This document shows positions 27,440-41,290 of a DNA stretch of 64,000 bases, in pieces. The translations under genes were made by a program, and so were the position numbers. This stretch comes from Camelus dromedarius. Its lineage: Eukaryota. The notes under the pieces were generated by a model. That model worked only from the letters and a program-made list of their open reading frames with translations, was not told where the DNA came from and did not search any database. The DNA lies in NCBI RefSeq assembly GCF_036321535.1, contig NC_087437.1, positions 60,328,001 through 60,392,000 on the forward strand, in the 5' to 3' direction. Position 1 is the stretch's first letter. Each line of letters begins with the position of its first letter.

Positions 27440-28050
27440 TGAGCAGATTCACCTAGCATAAGAAGAAGCAGGAGAATACAACCTACAACAAGGGGAAAAA
27501 ACAGGAAATAGAGACAGGCCCATAAATGACGGGGGGTAGAACTAACAGGCAAGGACTTTAAAATAGCTAGCATAAATATGCTCAAAGATTAAATGGAAAA
27601 TGAGTATCATGAGGAGAGAAATGGAAGATACCATAAAGAACCAAGTGGAAATTTGTAGAGTTAAAAAATACAAATCTGAAATGAAATGATTATGCTTTCA
27701 TGTGATTCATAGCAGATTAGACACTGCAAAATAAAGGGTCTATAAACTCAGAAACATAGCAATGCAAATTCTCCAAAATGATGCGCAGAGAGAAAAAAAG
27801 GCAGGAAAATATTGAACAAGGTCTTAGTGATCTGTTGAACGATATCAAGCTGTTAAACATACTTGTAATTAGAGTCCCAGAAAGGAAGGTAGAAAATCAT
27901 TGGGAAAAATCATGGCCAAATGTATTTCAAATTTGATGAAAACTATAAGCCTACAGATATAAGAAGCTCAACAAACCACAGGACACAATAAACATAAAGT
28001 AAACTATACCAGACCGTATTGTAACCAAATTTCTGAAAACCAGTAATAGT
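27440..28050 (+). mobile_element. LINE-1 ORF1-region remnant
   Basis: cagattagacactgcaaaa...ttagagtcccagaaaggaag...atttcaaatttgatgaaaactataagcctacagatataagaagctcaacaaacc. Confidence 0.75.
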
Positions 28051-28229
28051 CTACTAGTGAAGACTTTTAATTATGTTTTTTAATCAGCTGGCATCAGAGA
28101 AGGCTATTTTCACTCTTACCTTGTTCTGCACTGGCCCTTTCCATGTCCCCTACTCCCCAGGATAAAACAGAGGAACAGTATTACCCAGGTCCTCATCACT
28201 AGCAATACAAGCTGTTATGCGTCAGGCAA

Positions 28230-28440
28230 TTAGCGTGTGCCGGGCACTCACATTATCTCATCTAATCTTCACAATAATCTAGTGAGCTGGGAGTTGTTAT
28301 CGTCCACTTTATAGGTGAAGAAACATAAACACAGAGAGGTTACCTTGTTCAGATCACATAACTTGTGATGTGGAGCCAAGGTTCAAATCCAAGCAGGCTG
28401 ACCCCAGAGCCCACCATGCTTGACACCACACTGTACCAGC
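28230..28440 (-). mobile_element. MIR SINE
   Basis: cattatctcatctaatcttcacaataat...ccactttataggtgaagaaacataaacacagagaggtta...ggagccaaggttcaaatccaagcagg. Confidence 0.75.
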
Positions 28441-29384
28441 ATGTCGCACAATTCTAGGGGAACGAAGAAATGCTATTTGTATTTCCATACTATGAATCAG
28501 CCACAAAATGGCTCCTTATTAAATCACAGCTTTCAGATGCTTTCCCCGAACCATTACCACCTCTTTTCAGCTTGAAAAAAAGGACAGTCTTAGAAAAGCC
28601 TGTACTATGCTTACTCATTGTGATTAGCTCTCAAGGACTGGTAAATGAATCATCTGTAATTTGAAAAGTAATGAACTTGGAACCAGAAGAAACTGGTTAT
28701 CAGCTCTGTGACCTCAGGCAAGTCACTTCTTTGGGCCTCAATTTCTTCATGTGTAAACCAGGGAAAGTAATGAATAATTTTGAGGAATGTAACTGGAAGT
28801 GGTTTGTAAACTGAAAAGTAACATATACAAACTTGAAGGGACTTATGTTTATTTAGGAGTACCATTCTAAAGTGGAATTGATATCACTTATATAAATTGA
28901 AAATTTAAGCAGCAAGATCTGATCATTCATCTTGTTTCTTGTGACTGATGATTTACACAACACCTTTCACTTCTGAATAACAATTTTGATATAAAGATTA
29001 TTTTCCTTAGGGGTAAAGTTTAAACATTCCATGAGATCCTCAAGCTGCTGGCCCTTGCCCTGCTGGCACAGGGCTGGCAACAGAGGCTGATAAGACATTA
29101 AAAAAGCCTCTAGAAGTTTGTGCATGTGCTGTTAACCCTATGCATCAAAACCTTAAAGTGTATACTCCCCTAACCTAGTTGTTCCACTTCTAAGAATTCA
29201 CCGTATGAATGAATACTGACCCATTTATCATTGTTATTACTAATGGAAAATTGGAAGCAACCAATTAAATAAGCAAGTCAAATGAAAAAAATCCTCTGGA
29301 TAATAAAAGCCACTCTGTAAAACAGTGGCTTATTATTAATATGGGGAAAAGAAGTATAAAAAAGCAAGGTTTATAAAGGAGGCT

Positions 29385-29945
29385 ATAAAAATAGAATTAC
29401 CATATAATCCAGCAATTTGACATTGGGATGTATAGCCCCCCAAATTGAAAGTAGAATACTAAAGAGCCATTTGTACACCCATGTTCATAGCAGCATTGTT
29501 AACAACAGCCAAAAAAGTGGAAGCCACCCACATGTCCATTGGCAGATGAACAGATAAATAAAATGTGGTGTAGACATACAATGAAATATTATGCAGCCTT
29601 AAAAAGGAAGGCAATCTTGACACATGCTATAATATGAGTGAGCCTGAGAACATTATGCTAAATGAAATAAGCCAGTCACAAAAAGACAAATGCTGTATGA
29701 TTCAACTTACAAGAGGTACCGAGGGTAGTCAGATTCATAGAGCCAGAAAGTAGCATGATGGTTGCCAGGGGCTGGGGAGAGGAGGGAAGGGAGAGTTGTT
29801 CAATTGGTAGAGAGTTTCTGTTTTGCAAGATGAAAAGAATTCTGGAATTTGGTTGAACAGTGATGCAAATGTACTTAACACTACTGAACTGTACACTTTA
29901 AAGTGGTTAAAATGATCGTTTTTATGTTATGTGTATTTTAAATGG
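29385..29945 (+). mobile_element. LINE-1 3' end fragment (L1MB-like)
   Basis: atagaattaccatataatccagcaatt...acacccatgttcatagcagcatt...ataagccagtcacaaaaagacaaatgctgtatgatt; same family as 3470-3950. Confidence 0.9.
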
Positions 29946-32900
29946 CAAGGAGGAGTTAACGAGGCATATGGAAAGAAGTGTTTCAGGCAAAAGAACCACA
30001 ACAAAACAAAACAAAAAATACAAGCATGGGAGGGCATGGTACATTCTGGGAACTGCATGTGATTCTATATAGCTGGATGGACCAGACAATGCAGGACCTC
30101 ATAGACCATGTTTAAGAATTTGGATTTTATCTAGAAAAGCAACAGTGAGTTGATTTGCTTAAGATTGCTTATTGAGTCGAGGGCAGAATATTGATAGTAT
30201 CACTCAGATCTCCTGATACCCCTGTTAGAAGATGTATGTTTGTGTAGACGTATGATGTATATTTAATGACCATCTTAAATGGGTGACCATCTTAAATGGG
30301 TAAACATCTTTATGAAAAGCTAATACTGAAATGTCTAATGTTTAACCCATTAACTGAATTGCACCACACACTTTCCAAGGATTACTCCCCTTTGAAGGAA
30401 AATCATTAAGCCTTTTTGAATTTGAAAAATAAATGTAAATTCCCTCTTAAAAAAGAGGCTACAAAATAACACGTAGGATACTATTTTTGTGAGAAAAATA
30501 TATATGCATGGAAAATACTGGAAATATCTACAACAAATGTTAGTAGTTATCTTTGGGGTATGCAATTTTGGTTACTTTTTGTCATTTTCCTGGTGCTTTT
30601 CTGTTTTCTAATGTTTCTTAGTGAGCACATAAACTAGAAGACAATGTTAACGAAGAAAAAGTAATTCTAGGGTTCACTCTATTAGATGGTAAATTTTTCA
30701 AGAATACTTTGGTAACTATGTCAATCTGTTCTTCTGAGTCAGGAGCTAATAATTCCCCTGCAGGTCAGCTTGGGTCTACAGAAGGAGTCAGGAATGTGAG
30801 AAAGCAGCTGCTAACCTAGGAAGATCCCAGCCCTCAGTGCCCCGCTTCTTTCCCTCACTCCCACCCTCCCTGTGCCTTCTATTCCTTTCAGTCTCCTATT
30901 TAATTAGGCTATCTTTCTAAAAGACACAGGCTTGATGAGATCACTTCCCAAATAGCCTGATAGCAGGGCACTTAAGCATCCTGGGAGCAAAGGATGCTGA
31001 GAACTCCAAGGTATCTCACCAGTGGGGCCATGATAGAGACCTGAATTCAGCTCACAATTCTCTGCCTTACCAACTGAGGCATTTTTTTCAAGAAACTCAA
31101 GGGGAAAGCAAAGAAAAAGGAGGGATATAAGATTGACAAAGGAATGTCAGAAGATGTGAGAAGCTCATTGGGGCGGAAAGGCGGGACGAGGGAAGGGTGA
31201 AGGCTAAATCCTAGTCTTCTGTGCAGGAGGACGTAGTACCCACTTCAGCAGCAACTTCAGTAAGTCCTGGATATGGCTTCTGACTGTGAAGGTCATCATG
31301 GTATCACATGTACCTGGACAGACTCAGGCTCCTCTTCTCAGAAAACAGAGGAGTCTAGAATCCTCAATCTGTAATAATAGGAAGGACCCTCACTGCACCT
31401 CACAATTGCCTCTGAATTTCCCAGGCTTCTTTGCTGCCTTTCATCCTCCTCTTTTCAGCCTGGAAATTAGTTCCACCTTTTTACCTTCAGCTAATTTATC
31501 CTTCAGGGCTCAGCCCAGGGTTTGCTTTCTTATCACATATCACATTATACTTCAGTTATCTATATTGACTTCCTTCGATTAACCAAAAATTCCTTGAGGG
31601 TAAGAACTTGGTCATTTTCATCTGTGAAATGAAAATTCACAGGGCCTGGAATCTATAGGTGCTATTAAATATTGCTTGAACTGGAATCACCTTTTGAAGA
31701 ATTAAGACATTCTTATTGCTAATACTTTCACATTTCCTACTTGAAGGTGAGCAACCTTTTTATTAACAACAGAATTTGATGCATTGACCAACTTCTAGGA
31801 TCTCGAGGGACCCAGCCTCCTTCTAGAGCCACCAAAGGCACTATCCACTGGCAACATCCCCAAGAGCATCCTGTACCAGGCCCTCTGGACAGGATGTGCA
31901 GAAAGACTAATGCAGTTCTCCAGCTGCCAGCACTAGCTCTGGACTGGCTAAGGTCTCTGTTATCCTATAATAAAACCCCTGACCTCATCACTTCTTCAGA
32001 AACCTGTCTTTGATATTTAGGAAGACTATAGCTATGAATTTTAAAGCAATTTCCTCCGTGAGTATGGAGGATTCTGGGATAAGAGTTTTCTTTCAAGAGG
32101 AGTTGCCCTTGTTCACTCCTGCACTGTCTCCTCTCCATGACCAAATTTAAAAGGCATTCAATGAGATTCTGTGCTCAGAGCCCAGATCCAACACAGTTCA
32201 GTTTTGCTGACTAGCCAACTGGTTCAGCTTTGGAGAATAGCTCTACTGGCCACCAATAACCTGGGTTCCTCAAGTGATACCAGCCTGAAAAGGGAAATGC
32301 CAATAGGCTGACCTCAGAGTCAGCCTGGATTGAGCTTGAACTTAACCTGATCTGAACTTCCTGGCACTTTGGACCAGAACAGCCAAGTTTGCAGTATAAG
32401 GACACAATGCAAAGAAGGGAATCAAAAGCACTGATCCCAAGAGAGCTTCCTAAATGCTGTATTATTTGAGTGTTTATTCCTTCCTGATTTGTTCACAATT
32501 AACTTGCAAAGATACATGAGAAGAAATAGCTTCATAAACAGAAATAACGAAGCCTAGAGACCAATTATAAGAATTGTATACTCTTGTAGTGTTTCCTTGG
32601 AAAATGCTTTAAATTTGCCACTTGCTGCATTTCTTTCTGGCTCAATGTAGAGCCACCAAACTATAGAACAAGAGTGATTCACCAAACTTTGCCTTCTTTT
32701 TCTGGTGCTTCATTTAACTAGTTTATGCCTCAGAGTAAAGTTACTATAATGACAATATCCTTCTAATGAGCAATGGTGCAATGTTTTCCTGGTGGCAATA
32801 CCCAGAATTATGCAGTATTTAAAAGCCACCACAATGTTAAGGAATACTCTCTAGTTTTTCTATTGCAAATACCATAGTCATATTCAAAATGAATGAGTGT

Positions 32901-33589
32901 AATTCTTTTGGTGATTTTTCAAATTTTAATTCTTTTAATAAAGCATGGATTCCCAAAGGAATAAGCATAGTTCATTAGCAGTGCTAATGAAAATGACATC
33001 TTCAGTAAGACTTACCAGAATATCATTCCCTGGAGCAAAATGTTTTCAGATGCTCTGTTTGCCAACTTTATTAATGAAAAACTTTGTGGTCTGGTTTGGT
33101 AAATTGAACATAATTGAGAGAAAGAGAGGAGCAATCATCCTTAGACAAGTAATTATTTATATAATTTAAAAAAATGACTAACAATTGTATTACAAACCTT
33201 CAGGGGTACTAAGAGATCTTTTTAAAATACAATTAGCATGAAAAAACATTATTAGTAGTAGTTCTTTTTATGCTATTATGTTAATTGAAGAGTCCTTCTC
33301 TTTATTCATGTTTAACCAAGGAACTTTAAGAATTTTGAAATAAATAGTTTGCCTGTGACTGACCATAAATAGTGACTCAGATTCAACTTTCCAACTCCCA
33401 AGGCTTCAGCTAGGTAGTTTCCTTTTTAAACAAGTCTGCCCTAGAGAAATACAATTTATTTTAGTGGCTGGCTCATACTAGCATAACACATATTAGCTGA
33501 ACCTCATAAATGAAGCTTTTATTGAAGTAGTAGACTAAACAGTTATTCGGATATCATTTTTGCTCCTTGTAGGAACGTTTTCTTGTCAT

Positions 33590-34043
33590 TGTGGAAATAA
33601 GTGATGACCACCTGACTGAGAACAGTGGCTATTTATTCAGAGCTTGCTATCGCTCAGAATCTGCTACCATCTCTTGTGTTTGGCAGAGGCTCAAAGGCAG
33701 TCAGAAGATTGAGAAAGCTTTACAGTTTAAAAAAAAAAAAAGAAAGAAAGAAAAAGAAAACGCATTGGGTAAACTCTGATTGGAGGTTGTTGACACAGGA
33801 AAGCTGGAGGTGGGATAACCAGCAGGACATTTTACTTGATTGATTTGGGGAGCATATTTGGTTTTCTCTGGTTAGTCCTGAGTTAGAAGCAAGGGCAAAA
33901 CCTAGGAAGCTGGCAGATCTTTCTGGGCCAATTGCTGCAGAGGTTGTGGTTGGCCCCCTGGGTTGGCTGCTACAGAGGCTGTGGATCAGAGATCTATTGT
34001 CATATATAGTCTAGCCAACATCTGTGTATATGTCAGTCTCTCA
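33590..34043 (-). mobile_element. Solo LTR, ERV1 class (454 bp)
   Basis: TG...CA termini with exact 4-bp TSD TCAT (33586-33589 and 34044-34047); AATAAA on the - strand at 33632-33637, close to the element's 3' end. A 4-bp TSD is typical of class I ERVs. Confidence 0.75.
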
Positions 34044-34793
34044 TCATATACAGGAGTCAGTTTCTTGAATTGCTTTCTCACCTTCATTGCCTTTGAAAAA
34101 TCAAATTGTGGTGGCCTATAATGTGATTTACCAGGCTATTAAAATCCACTCTTAAGGAGAGCGTCAGAGCAGGGGGCCAAAGATGGGAATGGAGGATGAA
34201 TTTTACTTTTAAGTATACATGCTTCTACTTTTCAGAGTTTTATTTTTTAACCATAAACAAATACTAGTTACACAATTTAAAATGGTATATTTGGTTCAAA
34301 ATATACCATTAAAGAAAGCGTCAGAATATAATCTAAGGTATAAAAATATTTTAATATTGGATGCTAATAAAGAGTGATCTTACTTGGGGCTCTTATGATT
34401 TAGGTGAGGGAGAAAATGACATTTCACTCTCAAAGGGTGTTCTGTTTGTTCCTAGAAATCTTAGAGACTCGGGCACACATTAAGTTGGAAAGGTTCTGAG
34501 AAGTAATTCTAAAATTGTCTACAAGCAGAACCATATTTAAACCTCCCTGGAGGAAATATCACAGATCCCCCAGAAAAGGAGATTGTGTACTCTTGTCATT
34601 CTGGCCCTGTTATGCCCATTCCTCCAGCTGCCTCAGTCTTCAGGAGGGATGGTTGTGGCAGCAGCAGTGGAGTTATCATATTCTTTACACTTACATTTAG
34701 AAATGGAATTCCGCTTAAGGATTCAATGTGGCATGGAAGTCACTGTGAATCACCTAACTTCTCTTCCTATAAATTTTAAAATAATCTTTATTT

Positions 34794-35222
34794 AAAATTT
34801 TTAAGAATGTTTTTAACAGTTGAAATATAGTTGATTTACAATGCTGTGTTAGTTTCAGGTGGACAGCAAAGTGATTCAGTTATACATATATATATGTTCT
34901 TTTTCAGAGTCTTCTCCATTACAGGTTATTACAAGTTGTTGAATACAGTTCCCTATGTTATACAGTAGGTCCTTGTTGTTTATCTATTTTATAGATAGTA
35001 GTGAGTATCTGTTAATCCCAAACTCCTAATTTTTCCCTCTCCACACCTTCCCCTTTGGTAACCATAAGATTGTTTTCTATGTCTGTGAATCTGTTTCTGT
35101 TTTATAAATAAATCCATTTGTATTATTTTCTTTTAGATTCCACAAATAAGTGATGTCATGTGATATTTGTCTTTCTCTGTCTGATTTAGTTCACTTAATA
35201 TGATAATCTCTAGGTCCATCCA
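34794..35222 (-). mobile_element. 5'-truncated LINE-1 3' end with TSD
   Basis: ttgaaatatagttgatttacaatgctgtgttagtttcagg...tctaggtccatcc, flanked by ATAATCTTTATTT at 34781-34793 and 35226-35238. Confidence 0.9.
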
Positions 35223-36954
35223 AAGATAATCTTTATTTTTAACCAAATTATTTCATGCAAATAGCTTTTAAGGGTCAAAGAGTACTATAAGTCTTACAGT
35301 AATAATTTAAAAATACTAGTTCCTTGCCCTCTCCCTACCTCTCCACTGCTCCTACCCCACTCTAGAGAAAAATCTTCAATTCTTTTTGCTGTTTCTTCTG
35401 AAACTTACTTCTATATTACTAAATAATATAGTAGAAGATTAATACTTTTGTTAAGCAGTTGAAAGCATCAATTGACTTTCTATTGTCTATGCATGATCTA
35501 TCTGAAACTATTAATTTACTAATTCTCATCCCCCCTTTACAATTGTATCTCTCTTTTTTATTGTTGTTAAATTAGTTTTCATTACTATATTATGTTTTCA
35601 TTACTAGGACTACAAAAATATTGTACTCTTGAGCCAAATAGTATGTAGTGGTATTTTCTTTCTTATACAATTTATTTTCCTGGAGTTAATAGATGTTTTT
35701 CATTTGTTTAGTTTTCTTTCAACACCTTAAGTTTTCTCACCCCCTTCAGTAGCTCTGAAAACCTTTCCTTGATAAAATTTTCTATGTAATCAAAACTATC
35801 AATTAACTTACTGATTTCATATCTGTCTTGGATATGCTTATCCTGAAGGCCTCCAACCTTCCAATCTGTTCTGGTTCCTCTCAAAGCCGTACTCCACAGT
35901 TGTAATACTAAACTGCCTTAAATGAGCTTCCTGGGAATTTCCTTCACCTGTTCCATGTTGGATCCTGTTTCTTGGATCCCACATTTCCTATTTTGGTTTA
36001 TGCCCTTGTTTTGCTGAAGTACATCCACCTAGAGAAAAGCATTTAGGGGAGATTAACTTTTTGAGAAACTAGAAAAAAAATTTTTTTTAATTTTACCCAA
36101 ATTAGTAACCTGGTTAGACATATAATCCTGAGGAAAATTAATTTTTCCTTAGCATTTTAAATGCATTGTTTAACTATCTTCTAACTTCTAAAGCTACTGA
36201 GAATTCTGATGCCATTAGGATTTCCAGTTCTTTGTGTGTGAACTGTTTTTTCTCTCTGGAAGCATTTGGGATCTACATTGCAGTTTTAGTGTTCTAAAAT
36301 ATCACTGATGTATTTTGGTGTGGGTCTCTTTACACTCATTAAACTCATGGGTCAGTGGACCTTTTTTGATTTGTAGACTCTTTGAGTTCTGATATATTTC
36401 TTGCACTGTCTACTTATTAACTTCCTCCCTTTATTTTGTTAATTTCTTGCATTATTTACTTAATTTTCTCACTTGATTGCTCTTCCAGAATATTTTTAGT
36501 TGATGTTCCTTATTTACCAAATCTCTCATTTTCCTATATTTTCTTTATCATTGTCTTTCTTCTATCTTTCTTTCTGAAAATTTCCTTGACTTTATCTTCC
36601 AAATTTTACTGAATTTTATGTTTTGTTTTCAAATTTTTAGTTCTAAAGAACTCTTTTCTTCCTTTTTGTTTATAGTGTCTATTTCATGAATTCAATTATC
36701 TTCTCTGAGGATATTAATTATAACTTCTTGATTTTCCCTATATTCCTTGCATTGACTCTTATTTTCTTTCAGTTTTTTCCCCTAGTTTATTTATTTTTGG
36801 TCTCTATCCTTTATAATGGAGGCATTTACCTAAATGTCTGGTGATCCTCGGTTCTCTTTTCCTGGTGAAAACTGAACTAATTAGAAGTTCTGTATACATG
36901 GGAGGGGATTTTTCACTGATTAGCATTCTTAAAAGGCAGTAAAGTGGCCAATCT

Positions 36955-37770
36955 GACTTTTTAAGAAACAGCTCTATTGAGATACAATTCACATACCATA
37001 CAATTCACCCATTTAAAGTGTACAATTCAATGGCTTTTAGTATATTCACAGAGTTGCACATCCAGCACCACAACCAGTCTTAGAACATTTTCACTAACCT
37101 CAAAAAAATAAAAACAAAAACAAAAACTCCTTACCCCCTAGCCATCTACCACCAACCATGCCCCTCAGCCCCAGGCAACCATTAATCTAGTTTCTATCTC
37201 TATAGATTTGCCTATTCTGGATACTTCATGTAAATGGAAACACACAATATGTGGTCCTTTGTAACTGCCTTCTTTCACTTAATATAATATTTTCAAAGAC
37301 CATACATACATCATAGAATATATATCAATACTTTTTATTACAATTTATTTTTATTGCTGAATAATAATTCATTATATGGATGCATCACACTTTATTAATC
37401 CATTCATCAGTTCATGGACTTTCATTTTGTTTCCACTTTTTGGCTATTATGGATACTGCTGCTATGAATATTTGTGTACAATTTTTGTGTGGACATATGT
37501 TTTCAATTCTCTTTGGTGTATACTCAAGTGTGAAGTTGTTGTATCATATAGTAACTGTGTATTTACCCATTTGAGAAACTTCCAGACTGTTTTCCAAAGT
37601 GGCTGCACCATTTTACATTCCCACCAGTAATGTATGTGGGTTCTGATCACTCTACATCCTAAGTAGCATTTGTTGTAATAATAGCTATGTCTTAACAGAT
37701 GTGTCTTTTTGATTATAATCATCCAGTGGGTGTGAAGTTGTATCTCATTGTGGTTTTGATTTACATTCCT
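36955..37770 (-). mobile_element. LINE-1 3' fragment (L1MB-like)
   Basis: attgagatacaattcacataccatacaattcacccatttaaagtgtacaattcaatgg...ttccaaagtggctgcaccattttacattcccaccag. Confidence 0.9.
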
Positions 37771-40700
37771 TGGGCAATTCTGGTTTTTGTTTGTTTTTGT
37801 TGTTGTTGTTGTTGTTTGTCTTTCTGTTTGTTTTGTCTGAAGGATATCTGCCCAGCTATAGCTCCTGGATCTAGAAGGAGGAAGTGGACTGGTGAGGGAG
37901 AATCTCTATGTTTAATGTGCCAATTTTCCCTTAGTCTCCTGTTTTTACTACTATAACTCACTACCACCTTCTTCTGTGTCTAGAGTCCCCAAATCTAAAA
38001 CCTCTCTTTTTCTCCAATAAATAAAATTCTTGTCTTTTGGAGTAGTAGGGGAAGGTGATCATCTGTCTGAATGTGTGGGAACCAAGCATCTAACTTCTTA
38101 CATAAGTATTTAATCATTCTCCTTTTTTCAGCTCCTACTTCACCATACCTAACTGCACCTCGTCTTCAGTGGTATCTGGAGCCTCTATTTCTTTATAGTT
38201 TTTTTAGGGTTCTTCAAGACAAGTGTACCTGCTTTTTTTAGATTTAAATTGTTAATTAAGAAGTATTTCAAATATTTACAAAAATATAGAGGACAAATAG
38301 AACAATCTTGTATTTACCATACAGAATATCTTAATACATTGCGTGCGCACACACACACACATATTTTTCCTCCTGCTTGTTTTTCCTTTGTACCTTTTTT
38401 TCCCCCATTCCCCTAACCCCCAGCTCAGGCACTTGAATTTAACCAATTCTCCAACTACTTTCTGTCTTGTTTGGGGTTACTAAGCACTCTTATTTTCATT
38501 GAGGATGGAGAAACAAGTTTCTTTTTGTTCTAATTTTTGGGGAGTGATTTTCTGAGAGAAAAAGGAAAATCAATATACTTTTATTCTACTCCCCTGAATC
38601 TAAGCTTCTCTAAATTATTACGGTAGCATTTCTTATTCATGCTTTTTCCTTATTCTTAAGTTACTTAACTCAACTTTATTAGCAATTGATAATGTCCTCC
38701 CACTTTTAATTTCTGTTTTGTAGCTATTATTTTGTTATCCCCCACCTACTTTGGGCTTGGCTTTCTTTATTCATATGGTGATTTGCAATCTGAAATGATT
38801 TCCAACTCGGGGAATTTTTGCAGAGTTTTTAAAAACCATGTTTGGAAGTTTCCTCAACTGTAGCCCAAATATTTATAAAGGCTATTTCGACCACAAATAA
38901 CTAATCTCAGTTGAAAAACTTATCTTTTGGAAGAAATTAATCCAATTTAAAGGAAATTGAAATTAAGATTGAAATGATTCTTTGTCTTTATCGTTCTTCT
39001 GGTGAGTTTAAAATAAAAGGAAATAAGAAAGGAATTTGAGGTTATACTACATGGGGAACAGGAAAATTACAGCTCTAGCAAGTGTCATTTCCCAAAAATG
39101 AAAGACTGGCACAGAAAGCTTTTGGAAGAATGTGGCAGTTTTTTATGCTAAAGGAGATTGGTCACTGGGAATCAGTCCATGTCCAATTATGAAGAATCTT
39201 TTGGATTCTTTTGCTTATCAGAATTCTATTAGACAAGCCACCTCTCAGAAATGGAATACAAATGACTTCCTAAAATTCTAGTAGTGTTTCTTCAAATTCC
39301 AATTAAGTTTCCTATGAAAGGATAATCTGACCAAGGGGCCCTACCCTACCCAGAGCCTTCTTTGAATAGACCCTGGTAGTCCTCTTGGCAGGGAGTGGGG
39401 TGAGGAGTCTGTCTCACACGTAAAGAGATCTGAGTATAATCCCAAGGATTTCAATATGAGATCCTACAATTTTTGCCAATACCTGTCAATTCTTTATAAG
39501 CAGAAAGGCAAATTTGGTTAAACTTAGAAATATATCTTTAGAAAATATTACTAATTCCCACTCCCTCTCCCCGCCAAGATGAGGATTGATTATTCCTGAA
39601 ATGCCAGTAGCATTCTGCTATCAGGGAAAAGTCTTTTGATAATTGTGTGCTGATACTGTCTGGGAGTCCTTCTATCTGTCAAGTGAGAGGATGGCACTAG
39701 TGGGTGGTTAAGGGCCCTTCCATGCCGCATGTCCCATACATCTGTGAAACCTCTTGTTAATACTCAAGGATACTAGTCAAGGTAAAGGAAGGAGAGAAGG
39801 AAGCTACAGAGTGCTCTAAATAAACACTTTTGCATTAAAAAAAAAAAAAAAACCCAACCACCTCATTTAGTCATAACAGTGGGTGTGAAGTTGTATCTCA
39901 TTGATCTCATTGTGGTTTTGATTTACATTTTCCTGATGGCTCAGTCTAACTTTTATTGTGAACTGCTCAACTATACTTACTGGTCTTTTATTTCTCAGGC
40001 AATTCTGTTTGGTGTGGATATTTATTTCTTTGTGGTCAGAGCCGACATTCATATTTCCCTTAAAATTGTCTACACTGTTAAAAGCATTCAAATATATGAT
40101 AAATGAGTAACAGACTAGCCTATTGCTTGTGCTTTATTTTATCAGAATCTCTCTCAGTGTCTCTCTTCTCTCTCTCTTAGTATCTCTCTGTCTTTCTGAC
40201 TCTATCTCCAATCTGTCTTTCATACACCCGCCCCCTGCTCCAACACACACACACACAATGGTTGGTTAGTTGGTTTGTTATTTTAGAAAGGAGTCAAGTA
40301 GAGAAAAGGCAACATAGTCTAATGGAAAAAAACAAACAAACTAACCATCAGCACCAGCTCCATTACCAGCTAGATGAGGCTTCCTAGACTGGGTTATTTA
40401 TTTCCTTCTTCCTCAGTGTCCTCCTCTGCCAAGTGGGAGATCATAAGTTTCTCTCAGAGGTTGCTGTGAGACTACAATGAATTAAAGCTGCCTTTGGACA
40501 ATATACGAAGGTCTGTGGCCGTGTACGAGTATACCAGTTTAAATGGGAGGCTGTTATTTGTCCCATACCCACTTAGGAACCCATTACGGCATAATAAAGA
40601 AATCTGAGGGTGGATCATCTGTTAAAAGACATGAGGTCAGTGCTTAATTATCAGGGAGGTGGGCAACTCTCCACATTTTAAAGGGAATTGGTTTCAATTT

Positions 40701-40829
40701 GTACTTTTTATTCTGGTAAGAATTATCTTTGCAGAAGGAGGTCAGTCTCAGTACCACTTAAGCTGGATAGAATGGATTCCTGACGTAGATAAAAAGGTAC
40801 TAATACCACAGCAGGGACAGAAGTTCCAA

Positions 40830-41290
40830 GCACTTAGAATTGTGGTCTCAAAGGTTACTTAGTCCAGTCTTCTGTCTGGGGTATCTACCTCCCTCTGATA
40901 AGGACACCTTGCTAGATTCTTTTAGCTTCTTGATGGGAAACGCCTACCACCATGGGGCAGTTCTTTGGAATTTTGGACAGTTCTGACACATTGCATTAAA
41001 GAAGAACTTCTTGTGCCCCTGTAGCTTTCATCCATTAGTTTTAGTCCTGCCCGCTGGATACACAGGATAAGCCTGTTTGAAGATTAAAGTCAAGCTCCCT
41101 AAACTCCTCTCTTTTCTGAAATATATGACCCTAGATTCTACAGTTGTTCTCCCTGGGGTAAGGTTTCATATCCCTGATTGCTCTGGTTACTCTCCTCTTT
41201 CCGGACGCTGGTTTGTCTAGATACCTCTTAAAGTGTGCTGCCCCCTGAGGAAATGCCCCCTGAGCTCTTCCTGGAGGTCTAAACAAGCTT
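40830..41290. mobile_element. CR1/L3 LINE fragment
   Basis: ggggcagttc...ttttggacagttctga...cccctgtagctttcatccattagttttagtcctgcccgctgga resembles the L3 3' region. Confidence 0.55.
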
